DNA of 50,680 nucleotides from Gemmatimonadota bacterium (GTDB taxonomy: Bacteria > Gemmatimonadota > Gemmatimonadetes > Gemmatimonadales > Gemmatimonadaceae). The DNA lies in the NCBI GenBank assembly GCA_028876525.1, contig JAGWRI010000097.1:1-50680 (forward strand), written 5' to 3'. A program made the translations under genes and the position numbers. The number at the start of each line of letters is the position of its first letter. Positions within the stretch are counted from its first letter, which is position 1. Below are positions 1-9,659 of the stretch, piece after piece. A model generated the notes under the pieces. That model saw nothing but the letters and a program-made list of their open reading frames with translations. It was not told where the DNA came from and searched no databases.

Positions 1-1
1 C

Positions 2-202
2 GAGAAGCGCATCTACCCCGCCATCGACATCGCGACCAGCGGCACGCGGCGCGAGGAGAAGCTGTTCCGCCCCGAGCAAATGGACAACGTCTACACGCTG
101 CGGCGCGGGCTGGCCCAGATGCCGCCGCAGGCGGCGATGGAGTGGCTGATCAAGCGCATCGCGGCGACGTCGAACAACGACGCGCTGCTGGAAGGGCTGT
201 AG
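2..202 (+). CDS. rho: transcription termination factor Rho, C-terminal fragment (5' end lies outside the window)
   Basis: Frame 2 reads EKRIYPAIDIATSGTRREEKLFRPEQMDNVYTLRRGLAQMPPQAAMEWLIKRIAATSNNDALLEGL*. This matches the conserved Rho C-terminus pattern (KRI-PAIDI--SGTR-EE-L ... LR ... EFLI). Stop TAG at 200-202. Confidence 0.85.
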   Translation, partial: EKRIYPAIDIATSGTRREEKLFRPEQMDNVYTLRRGLAQMPPQAAMEWLIKRIAATSNNDALLEGL

Positions 203-245
203 GAACCCTGTTGACGGTGGGCTGAGGGCTGGCCGCGACCGGACC

Positions 246-1625
246 TCACACCCCCTGCTTCCCCATCTCGTCGTACAACACCGCCACGGCCCGCAGGCCG
301 CGGGTGAAGTTGTCCATGCTGATCCACTCGTTGGGCGCGTGGGCGTTCTCGCCGGGCAGCCCGAAGCCCATGAGCAGCACGGGGGCGCCGAGAATGCGCT
401 CGAAGTCGCCGACGACGGGAATCGAGCCGCCCTCGCCCGTGATGACGGGGGGCTTGTCGAAGGCCGCGGCGAGCGCGCGGCGCGCTGCCTCGTAGAGGGG
501 CCCGTCGAGCTCGGCGCGCCACGGCCTGCCGCCGTGCAGCGCGGTCACGGTGGCCGTCACCCCGTCGGGTTTCACGCGCTCGACGTGGGCTTTCATGAGG
601 CGTTCGATCTGCCGCGGATCCTGGTCGGGAACCAGCCGGCAGCTCACCTTGGCCATGGCCTTCGACGGCAGCACGGTCTTCGCGCCTTCGCCGGTGTAGC
701 CGCTGAGCAGGCCGTTCACCTCGCACGTGGGGCGCATCCAGACGCGCTCGAGCGTCGAATAGCCCTTCTCGCCGCCCAGCGCGGGGGCGCCCGTCTCGGC
801 GCGGAACTGCCCGTCGTCGAACGGGAGGGCCGCGATTTCGCGGCGTGCCCGGTCGCCCCAGTCGCGCACCGGGTCGTAGAACCCGGGAATGGCAACGCGC
901 CCGTCGCGGTCGTGCATCGTGGCCAGGATGCGGGCCAGCGCCATGGCCGGATTCACCACCGCGCCGCCATAACTTCCCGAGTGCAGGTCGGTGGCCGGCC
1001 CGGTGACGTCGATCTGGAAATACGCGAGCCCGCGCAGCGACGAGAGGATTGACGGCAACCCGGGCGCGAACATGGACGAGTCGGAGATGACGACCGAGTC
1101 GCACGCCAGCTCCCGCTGGTGGGCTTCGACGAATTCGGCGAGGTGGTCGCTGCCGACCTCCTCCTCGCCCTCGGCCACCACGACCACGTTCACGGGAAGG
1201 CCCCCGCGCACCTTGAGGTGCGCCTCGAGCGCCTTCATGTGGATGAAGAGCTGCCCCTTGTCGTCCACCGAGCCGCGAGCGAACAGCCGGCCGTCGCGGA
1301 TGGCGGGCTCGAAGGGCGGGCTGTCCCACAGGTCGAGCGGCTCGGGGGGCTGCACGTCGTAGTGGCCGTAGACGAGCACGGTGGGCGCGCCGGCGCCCGC
1401 TCCGCGCCACTCGCCGACCACGATCGGGTGGCCGGCGGTGGGGTGGACCGTGGCGCGCAGGCCGGCGGTGCTCATGTTGTCGGCCACCCACTGGGCGGCC
1501 CGGGCCACGTCGGCGGTGTGCTCCGAGCGGGCGCTCACGCTCGGAATGCGGAGGAGGTCGAACAGCTCGCCGCGGATGCGCGCGTCGTTGGCCACGAAGA
1601 AGGCGTCGAGGTCGGGAGGAAGCAT
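246..1625 (-). CDS. M20 family metallo-dipeptidase (DUG1/CNDP-like)
   Basis: 459-aa ORF from ATG at 1625 (MLPPDLDAFF...) to TGA at 246-248. Motifs LVYGHYDVQP, GSVDDKG and EGEEEVGS are typical of M20 peptidases. The upstream 303 codons of the 762-aa track ORF are Arg/Gly-rich, lie antisense to the next gene, and are rejected. Confidence 0.9.
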   Translation of the reverse strand: MLPPDLDAFFVANDARIRGELFDLLRIPSVSARSEHTADVARAAQWVADNMSTAGLRATVHPTAGHPIVVGEWRGAGAGAPTVLVYGHYDVQPPEPLDLWDSPPFEPAIRDGRLFARGSVDDKGQLFIHMKALEAHLKVRGGLPVNVVVVAEGEEEVGSDHLAEFVEAHQRELACDSVVISDSSMFAPGLPSILSSLRGLAYFQIDVTGPATDLHSGSYGGAVVNPAMALARILATMHDRDGRVAIPGFYDPVRDWGDRARREIAALPFDDGQFRAETGAPALGGEKGYSTLERVWMRPTCEVNGLLSGYTGEGAKTVLPSKAMAKVSCRLVPDQDPRQIERLMKAHVERVKPDGVTATVTALHGGRPWRAELDGPLYEAARRALAAAFDKPPVITGEGGSIPVVGDFERILGAPVLLMGFGLPGENAHAPNEWISMDNFTRGLRAVAVLYDEMGKQGV

Positions 1626-1676
1626 GGAGGAAAGAAACAGCGCCGGACCGAAGCGGCGCAAGGCAAGCACGGGGCC

Positions 1677-1707
1677 CGAGTCACCGACTCGGCGACTCGC
1701 CGACTTG
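1677..1707. repeat. operator-like repeat cluster: palindrome CGAGTC-acc-GACTCG followed by three tandem 8-nt units (cCGACTCG gCGACTCG cCGACTTG)
   Basis: Read directly: CGAGTC at 1677-1682 pairs with GACTCG at 1686-1691. CGACTCG occurs at 1685-1691 and 1693-1699, and CGACTTG at 1701-1707. The cluster lies in the 114-nt divergent intergenic region, and the last unit overlaps a -35-like TTGGCG (1705-1710). Confidence 0.7.
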
Positions 1708-1739
1708 GCGTCCCGGCGCCTGCTCCGTACGTTCCTCCG

Positions 1740-2633
1740 ATGAAGACCGTCCACCTCGCGCTCGCCCTCGCCCTCGCGGCCGGCACCGCCGCCGCGCAGC
1801 ACACGCAGGTCGTCGTGCTCGGCACCGGCACGCCGAACGCCGACCCCGACCGTTCGGGGCCGGCCATTGCCATCGTCACCAACGGGCAGGCGTATCTCGT
1901 GGACGCCGGGCCCGGCATCGTGCGCCGCGCCGCCGCCGCCGCGCGGGAAGGCGTGGCGGCGCTGCGCATGCCCGGCCTCGACGTCGCGTTCCTCACCCAC
2001 CTGCACTCGGACCACACCCTGGGGCTCCCCGACCTCATGCTCTCGCCCTGGGTGCTCGACCGCACGGCTCCGCTGCAGCTCTACGGGCCGCCGGGCACGG
2101 CCGACATGGTGCGGTTCATCGACTCCGCGTACACGGAGGACATCCAGCTGCGCCTCACCGGCGGAGAGCCGTCGAACAAGACGGGGTGGCGCACGGTGGT
2201 CCACGAGATCCGCGACACGGGCGTGGTGTACCGCGACAGCAACGTGACGGTGCGCGCGTTCCGGGTCCACCACGGGGCCTGGGAATACGCCTACGGCTAC
2301 CGGTTCGAGACGCGCGACCGGGTGATCGTGGTGAGCGGGGACACCCGGCCCACGGACGCCGTGGTCAACGCCTGCCGCGGCTGCGACGTATTGGTTCACG
2401 AGGTCTACGACGCCGAGCGTCTGAAACTGCGGTCGCCGGCCTGGCAGGCCTACTATCACCGGTATCACACGTCGACCTACGAGCTGGGCGAGCTGGCCGC
2501 CCGGGCGAAGCCGAAACTGTTGCTCCTCGTCCATCAGCTCTATTCGGGCGGAACGGACGAGGACCTCGTCCGTCAGATCGCCACCCGGTTTTCAGGACCG
2601 GTGGCGTCGGCCCGCGACCTCGGCATATACTGA
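1740..2633 (+). CDS. secreted MBL-fold metallo-hydrolase
   Basis: ATG at 1740, TGA at 2631-2633, 297 aa. N-terminal signal peptide MKTVHLALALALAAGTAAAQ. The HLHSDH metal motif (HxHxDH) and later His/Asp residues are typical of the metallo-beta-lactamase fold (RNase Z / lactonase-like). Confidence 0.88.
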   Translation: MKTVHLALALALAAGTAAAQHTQVVVLGTGTPNADPDRSGPAIAIVTNGQAYLVDAGPGIVRRAAAAAREGVAALRMPGLDVAFLTHLHSDHTLGLPDLMLSPWVLDRTAPLQLYGPPGTADMVRFIDSAYTEDIQLRLTGGEPSNKTGWRTVVHEIRDTGVVYRDSNVTVRAFRVHHGAWEYAYGYRFETRDRVIVVSGDTRPTDAVVNACRGCDVLVHEVYDAERLKLRSPAWQAYYHRYHTSTYELGELAARAKPKLLLLVHQLYSGGTDEDLVRQIATRFSGPVASARDLGIY

Positions 2634-3125
2634 ATGCTTATGCCCCGTAACGAGAGCATCGTCGCAAGCGCGGTCCAGCGCGAGATCCAACAGAAGCGTC
2701 CATTCCATTCCCTCGGCGCCGAGGCCCTGATTGGGCTGCTGCGCACCGCGGGACTGGCGCAGCGCGAGGTCAACGCCATCGTCGCGCGTGAAGGCATCAC
2801 GCAACAGCAGTACAACGTGCTCCGCATCCTGCGCGGCGCGGGCGAGGACGGGATCCCCACCCTCGCGATCCGCGACCGCATGCTGGATCCTTCCCCTGGC
2901 GTAACCCGGCTGCTGGACCGCCTCGAGCGCGCCGGCTACGCCCGCCGGCAGCGTGCCGAGCCCGACCGGCGGCAGGTGATGTGCTACATCACCCCCGCGG
3001 GGCTGGAGGTTCTGGCCCGGCTCGACCAGCCGGTGAACGCCTACGACGATGCGGTGGTCGAGATGCTGTCCGTAGCCGAGAAGCACGAACTGATCCGCAT
3101 GCTGGACGCGATCAGGAAGCGGTGA
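2634..3125 (+). CDS. MarR family transcriptional regulator
   Basis: 163 aa. The ATG immediately abuts the stop of the MBL gene (TGAATG at 2631-2636); an alternative ATG is at 2640. Winged-helix core ITQQQYNVLRILRGAG..GIPTLAIRDRML...VTRLLDRLERAGYARR is typical of MarR. Confidence 0.9.
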   Translation: MLMPRNESIVASAVQREIQQKRPFHSLGAEALIGLLRTAGLAQREVNAIVAREGITQQQYNVLRILRGAGEDGIPTLAIRDRMLDPSPGVTRLLDRLERAGYARRQRAEPDRRQVMCYITPAGLEVLARLDQPVNAYDDAVVEMLSVAEKHELIRMLDAIRKR

Positions 3126-3135
3126 GCCGGCCCGC

Positions 3136-3159
3136 GGGGCGTCGCCGAAACGACGCTCC
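3136..3159. terminator. GC-rich hairpin between convergent genes (candidate bidirectional terminator)
   Basis: GGGGCGTCG (3136-3144) pairs with CGACGCTCC (3151-3159), including one G-U pair, around loop CCGAAA. It sits in the 57-nt gap between the MarR stop and the GT39 stop. There is no T-tract. Confidence 0.3.
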
Positions 3160-3182
3160 CGCCGCGCCGCCGATTCACCGGC

Positions 3183-4727
3183 TCACGGGCTCACCCATTT
3201 CCCGCTCCAGCCCCGGAAGATCCAGATGCGTCGCTGCGTGGCGACACCGCCGTCGCGGCGCCGGAGGGGCACGAGCGGCCCCTTCTCCGCAGAGCGGAAG
3301 AGCGGCGTGAGCACGACCGCCGTGTGGTGCGGGTAAGGCACTTCATCGAGCACCACGACCAGGTCGTCGCCCGGGTGGGCACGTTGCGGGAAGCCCGGCC
3401 ACAGGGCGTACTGATTGGAACGGCTCGACAGGTTCAGCGAGAAGGTGACCGGGCGCCCGGGCAGATGGAAGGCGAGCTCGGAGGCGTCCTGGTACGTGTC
3501 CCCGGCCACCCAGACGTGCACGCCGTCGCCGGCCAGCGCCATGTCGGCGGCATTGACGGCCTCGGCAAGCCCCCCCCACCCGGCCGACCGCGCGATCGGG
3601 TCGCGCGGGGCGGGCAACGGAAGCACGGGAACGACGGCCTGGACGTACACGACAGCGGACACGGCGGCGGCGAGGCCGATTCCCCAGTTGCGCCAGCGCC
3701 GGGCCACCGGGGTCCATTCGGCCAGCGCCAGCAGCGGCACGGCCGAGATGTAGGCGGGGGCGGGCCAGTTGGCCTCGGCGGGCTTGCGCAGGGCACTCAC
3801 CACGAACGTCGCCGCGGCGGTCAGGGTCACGACCGCGAGCACGTAGTGCACGTCGCCGGCCGGCCGCCGCAGGGCGCGCCAGACGGCAATGGCGAGCAGC
3901 CCGAGCAGGATCGGCGTGACGAGGCCCGCCTGCCCGCCGACCAGGCTCAGCTCCCGCGTGAGCGGCGAACCCTTCGGCGTGCCCAGCCCGTGCCGCAGCT
4001 GGAAGCCGAACGAGATCCAGCCGTGATGCGCGTTCCACACGAGCACGGGGAGGAACACCAGCGTGGCGGCCACGCACGCGACGTACGGACCGGGCTCGGC
4101 GAGCCGGTCGCGCAGGTCGCGCCGCGTGAGCACGGCCAGGGTCACGCCCACGGGAAGGACGATGGAGGTGTACTTCGACGAGAAGGCGAGGCCGAGGGCC
4201 ACGCCCGCCGCGGACCACCACGCGAGCGACGCGCCGCTGCGCGGACGGGATTGGAGGGCGCGCACAACGGCGTAGAGCGCGGCCGCGGTGCCGAGCAGGA
4301 GCGGGACGTCGGGGGTGGCGAGCACCATCCCGGCCGCGGCCAGCGGCATGACGGCGAACACCATGGCGGCGACGAGGCCCGCCCGGTCGCCGCCCACGCG
4401 GCGGGCGATGGCCGCCCCGAACAGTGACGCGAGAAAGCCGGCGGCGATGACGAGAAGGCGGACGGTGACCGGCGAGACCGAGATCCCGATCAGCCCCCCG
4501 AACGAGGTCCCGCCGCGGACCAGCGCCGCGATGCCCCACGGGTGGTCGAAGTATCCGGCGGCGAGGCGGCGGGACCATTCCCAGTAGTACGTCTCGTCTG
4601 GAAAGAGCGGGATGAGGGCCGAGAACGCCAGGCGGACCAGCGCCGCGCCGGCGAGCACGAATACCGCCAGGTCCCATTCGCTCGCGGGACGGCGGTCGCG
4701 CGCCGTGCTTCCGTCGGGCGTCGTCAT
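3183..4727 (-). CDS. GT39 / ArnT-PMT-like dolichyl- or undecaprenyl-phosphate-sugar dependent glycosyltransferase (multi-pass membrane)
   Basis: 514 aa from ATG at 4727 ([11 protein letters not shown]...) to TGA at 3183. It has many TM helices and the first-loop motif LFPDETYYWEWSR (the DE..YY signature of the ArnT/PMT family). The start overlaps the upstream stop (ATGA at 4724-4727). Confidence 0.85.
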   Translation of the reverse strand: MTTPDGSTARDRRPASEWDLAVFVLAGAALVRLAFSALIPLFPDETYYWEWSRRLAAGYFDHPWGIAALVRGGTSFGGLIGISVSPVTVRLLVIAAGFLASLFGAAIARRVGGDRAGLVAAMVFAVMPLAAAGMVLATPDVPLLLGTAAALYAVVRALQSRPRSGASLAWWSAAGVALGLAFSSKYTSIVLPVGVTLAVLTRRDLRDRLAEPGPYVACVAATLVFLPVLVWNAHHGWISFGFQLRHGLGTPKGSPLTRELSLVGGQAGLVTPILLGLLAIAVWRALRRPAGDVHYVLAVVTLTAAATFVVSALRKPAEANWPAPAYISAVPLLALAEWTPVARRWRNWGIGLAAAVSAVVYVQAVVPVLPLPAPRDPIARSAGWGGLAEAVNAADMALAGDGVHVWVAGDTYQDASELAFHLPGRPVTFSLNLSSRSNQYALWPGFPQRAHPGDDLVVVLDEVPYPHHTAVVLTPLFRSAEKGPLVPLRRRDGGVATQRRIWIFRGWSGKWVSP

Positions 4728-6046
4728 GCCGCCGGTGGCCGGGCGGCCCTCCGGCGGCGCCAGGCCGTGCCGACCAGGACCGAGCCCCAGATCCAGATCA
4801 GCCACGCGACGCGCTCGTTGTCGGTGAGCATCGTGAGCGCGCGCCACGCCACGAGCGGCACCGTCGCCGCGAGGCGCGCCGTGGAGCGGCCGGTATTCGC
4901 CACGCGCCGCTCGACCACTTCCGTGGCTTCGAATCCGCGGCTGCGCACGGCATCGTCGATCGCGCCGGCGAGCGAGTCGGGCGTCATGCCGCGCCATCCC
5001 GGAAGCAGCATCAGGGTCCACGCCGGCGCGGTGTATCCCCAGCCGTGATTGTCGCTCCCCGCGACGAGGGCGAGGCTGTCGGCGGCCGCGATGGTCGCGA
5101 TCGTGGTGCGGAGGCGCCGCGTGTCGGTGAGGCCGCGCGGCGAGCCGTCCACGATCTCGATCGCGCGCACGCCCGGCGTTCCGGGCGCCGTCGCCGGGTG
5201 CAGGTAGCGCAGCATTCCCGGGAAGGTGAAGATCAGCACCGGCTCGTGATGCGGGATCATGCTGGCCAGCGTGAGCGCCTTGTCGTCGATGTCGCGCAGG
5301 TTGGGGTCGGTGAGTCCGCTGAACGTCTGCTGGGCGCCCAGCAGGTTCACGTGCGCGCCCTGCCACACCACCTCGAGACCCTGCAGGATGGTGGTGCCCT
5401 CGCCGGCGATGCGCGGGTTGTCGCGCCGGGCCTGCTCGGCGCCCTGCACCGTGCGGTGGTCGGTGACGTAAGCGGCGTCGAATCCGGCGTCGCGGTGCCA
5501 GCGGCGGTTGGCCTCGGGGGTGAACCAGGGCGCGCCGTCGTGCGAGTACTTCGTGTGGGAGTGGAAGTCCACCACGATCAGCGCCTGGTTGAGCGGCGGA
5601 CTCACGACCAGCCGGGCCATCGGGCGCGGCACGACGATTCCCACGGCGTAGAACAGGAGGAGCCCGAACACCGCGAACACGACCGCGCGGGCCTCGCGCA
5701 CCGGGCTCGTGCCGCCCCGGCGCCAGCCCCGCCGGACGCGCCAGCCCACGAACAGCAGGGCGAGCGTGACGACGATTGCGAGGTGCTGCGGCACGGTCAT
5801 CAGCGACAGCGTGTCGAACACGTCGCAGAGGGGCGCCAGTACGAGATACGCCGCCGAATGGGCGAGGCTCACCTCGGTCACCGGCTGGAAGTTGGCGGCG
5901 TCGCGCAGCGGCTCGGTCATGAAATTCGCCGAGAGCAGGACGACGGCCGTCGTCACGACGGCCCACCAGGGCACGCGGCGGAGCGCGGCGGCGAGGCCGC
6001 CGGCGGCGGGCGGCGGGTCGGGAGCGGTGCGGGACTTCGCGGTCAC
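4724..6046 (-). CDS. integral-membrane PHP-domain phosphoesterase (start uncertain)
   Basis: ORF open from TTG at 6136; I favour GTG at 6046 (VTAKSRT...) because 6047-6135 looks intergenic (lower GC, tandem repeat). It has four N-terminal and two C-terminal hydrophobic helices flanking a PHP core, with [14 protein letters not shown] (HxH motif), YVTDH and GSDNHG. Confidence 0.7.
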   Translation of the reverse strand: MTAKSRTAPDPPPAAGGLAAALRRVPWWAVVTTAVVLLSANFMTEPLRDAANFQPVTEVSLAHSAAYLVLAPLCDVFDTLSLMTVPQHLAIVVTLALLFVGWRVRRGWRRGGTSPVREARAVVFAVFGLLLFYAVGIVVPRPMARLVVSPPLNQALIVVDFHSHTKYSHDGAPWFTPEANRRWHRDAGFDAAYVTDHRTVQGAEQARRDNPRIAGEGTTILQGLEVVWQGAHVNLLGAQQTFSGLTDPNLRDIDDKALTLASMIPHHEPVLIFTFPGMLRYLHPATAPGTPGVRAIEIVDGSPRGLTDTRRLRTTIATIAAADSLALVAGSDNHGWGYTAPAWTLMLLPGWRGMTPDSLAGAIDDAVRSRGFEATEVVERRVANTGRSTARLAATVPLVAWRALTMLTDNERVAWLIWIWGSVLVGTAWRRRRAARPPAA

Positions 6047-6050
6047 GGCG

Positions 6051-6068
6051 GGCTGGACGGGCTGGACG
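6051..6068. repeat. perfect tandem 9-nt direct repeat GGCTGGACG x2
   Basis: GGCTGGACG at 6051-6059 and again at 6060-6068, read directly. It lies in the divergent region between the PHP gene and the YyaL gene, or codes PVQPVQ if the PHP gene starts at 6136. Confidence 0.8.
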
Positions 6069-6135
6069 TGGATTCGCGCGCGAGCGGTTAGAGTTCGACG
6101 AAGTAAGGTACAGTTCCCCTTCGCGGAGCGCACCA

Positions 6136-8184
<2,049 letters not shown>

Positions 8185-8191
8185 GCGCGGG

Positions 8192-8947
8192 CTACCGCTT
8201 CCACCAGGCGGGAACGCTGGCCCACGACGCGGGGTCCCAGAGCCGCGGGTCGAGCGTCAGGTTCACGCGGACATCGCGATAATCTTCCTCGTATACCAGG
8301 CGGCCGCCGGCCAGCACCCGCACCTGCTCGGCGAGCCAGCCGCCGGAACGCTCGACGTACTTGTCGAACCGGATGTCCTGGGCCGCGGCGGCGGCGCGAT
8401 GGGGGGCGATGAGCCGCACGAAGAGCAGGCGGGCGGCGTCCACCCAGAACTGTTTGGAGACCGAGTCGCCGGCGAGCGCGCCCACGACGTACACGGGGCG
8501 CCCCTCGAACTCGGCGCGGTGCATCCGGGACAGGTCGATGCCCTCTTCCGACAGGACGCGCGCCGTGTGTGCTACGGGCTGCGTGTAGACGTCGAACCCG
8601 AGGACGAGCAGCAGATTGCGCTCGGCCGCCGCCCGGACGAGGGTGTCGGCGGCAAAGGAGTAGGTGCTGTCCCCGCGGAAGATGGCGCCGTGGCGCGTTG
8701 GGCCGTCGCCCATGTCAATGCGCAGCTTGCCGGGCGCCGACATCGCCTCGTACCAGGTCTGGACGCGGGCCTCCGATCCGTCGGCCGCGTACCAGGCGCT
8801 CCTCTGGACGAACGTCAGGGTGCGGTACCACGTGGCGGCGTAGCGGTCGTGCATGGCGGCGAGGAGCTGCTGGCCGGTGGCCGGCGCCTGGGCGGATGCC
8901 GGGGCGGCGGCGAGAAGGAGCGCGGGAAGTGCCAGGTGGAGTTTCAT
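8192..8947 (-). CDS. secreted hypothetical protein (possibly LolA-like fold)
   Basis: 251 aa, ATG at 8947, signal peptide MKLHLALPALLLAAAPASAQA. Third-position GC is high throughout. I recognise no catalytic motif. It lies 25 nt downstream of the response regulator gene on the same strand. Confidence 0.7.
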   Translation of the reverse strand: MKLHLALPALLLAAAPASAQAPATGQQLLAAMHDRYAATWYRTLTFVQRSAWYAADGSEARVQTWYEAMSAPGKLRIDMGDGPTRHGAIFRGDSTYSFAADTLVRAAAERNLLLVLGFDVYTQPVAHTARVLSEEGIDLSRMHRAEFEGRPVYVVGALAGDSVSKQFWVDAARLLFVRLIAPHRAAAAAQDIRFDKYVERSGGWLAEQVRVLAGGRLVYEEDYRDVRVNLTLDPRLWDPASWASVPAWWKR

Positions 8948-8972
8948 ATGTGTTTGCTAATGGCCGGGCGAG

Positions 8973-9659
8973 TCAGGTCTCGAGGCGGTAGCCCGCCTTC
9001 CACACCGTGAGGATGTGGCGGGGTTTGGACGGATCGTCCTCGAGCTTGCGCCGCAGCTCGGCGACGTGAATGTCCACGGTGCGGGTCATGACGTCGGCGC
9101 TGTAGCCCCATACTTCCTTGAGCAGTTCGAGCCGCGACGCCACCGCGCCGCGGCGCCGCACGAGGGTGAGCAGGAGATCGAATTCCTTGGGGCTGAGGGC
9201 CACGAGCTGGTCGCCGCGCGTCACGGTGCGCGCCGCGGGGTTGATCTCCACCGCGCCGAACCGTTCGATCGGGGCGCCGTTCGCGGCCTCGGCCCGGCGG
9301 GCCCTGCGCAGCAGCGCGGCCACGCGGGCCAGCAGCTCGAGCACGCCGCACGGCTTGGTGACGTAGTCGTCGGCGCCGAGCCGGAAGCCCAGCACCTTGT
9401 CGGTTTCCTCGCCGCGCGCCGTCAGGATGAGCACCGGCATGTCGAGGCCGTCGTCGCGCAGGGTGCGGAGCACGCGGTAGCCGTCCATGCCGGGCAGCAT
9501 CAGGTCGAGGATCACGAGGTCGGGCCGCGAATCGCGGGCCTGCGCGAGGCCGGTTTCGCCCTCGGCGGCGACGTCCACGGCGTACCCCTCGATTTCGAGG
9601 CCGGTGCGGAGGCCGTAGGCGAGATCGGGGTTGTCTTCGACGATCAGGATGCGGTTCAT
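8973..9659 (-). CDS. OmpR/PhoB-family response regulator
   Basis: 228 aa. Receiver domain ILIVEDNPDL...DLVILDLMLPGMDG, plus winged-helix LSPKEFDLLLTL...TVDIHVAELRRKLE. The ATG at 9659 overlaps the kinase stop (ATGA at 9656-9659). Confidence 0.93.
   Translation of the reverse strand: MNRILIVEDNPDLAYGLRTGLEIEGYAVDVAAEGETGLAQARDSRPDLVILDLMLPGMDGYRVLRTLRDDGLDMPVLILTARGEETDKVLGFRLGADDYVTKPCGVLELLARVAALLRRARRAEAANGAPIERFGAVEINPAARTVTRGDQLVALSPKEFDLLLTLVRRRGAVASRLELLKEVWGYSADVMTRTVDIHVAELRRKLEDDPSKPRHILTVWKAGYRLET

Noticed and set aside
1626-2534. 5' extensions of track ORFs that fuse real genes to upstream sequence. Examples: 246-2534 for the M20 gene, 3183-6143 spanning GT39 and PHP, 24362-27169 ahead of the ABC ATPase, 36501-39590, 37763-40675, 39400-41505 and 40485-43709.
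   Set aside because: The extensions are low-complexity Arg/Pro/Gly sequence overlapping neighbouring genes in another frame. Each real gene has an internal ATG/GTG start preceded by the neighbour's stop (often an ATGA/GTGA overlap) and an N-terminus typical for its family.
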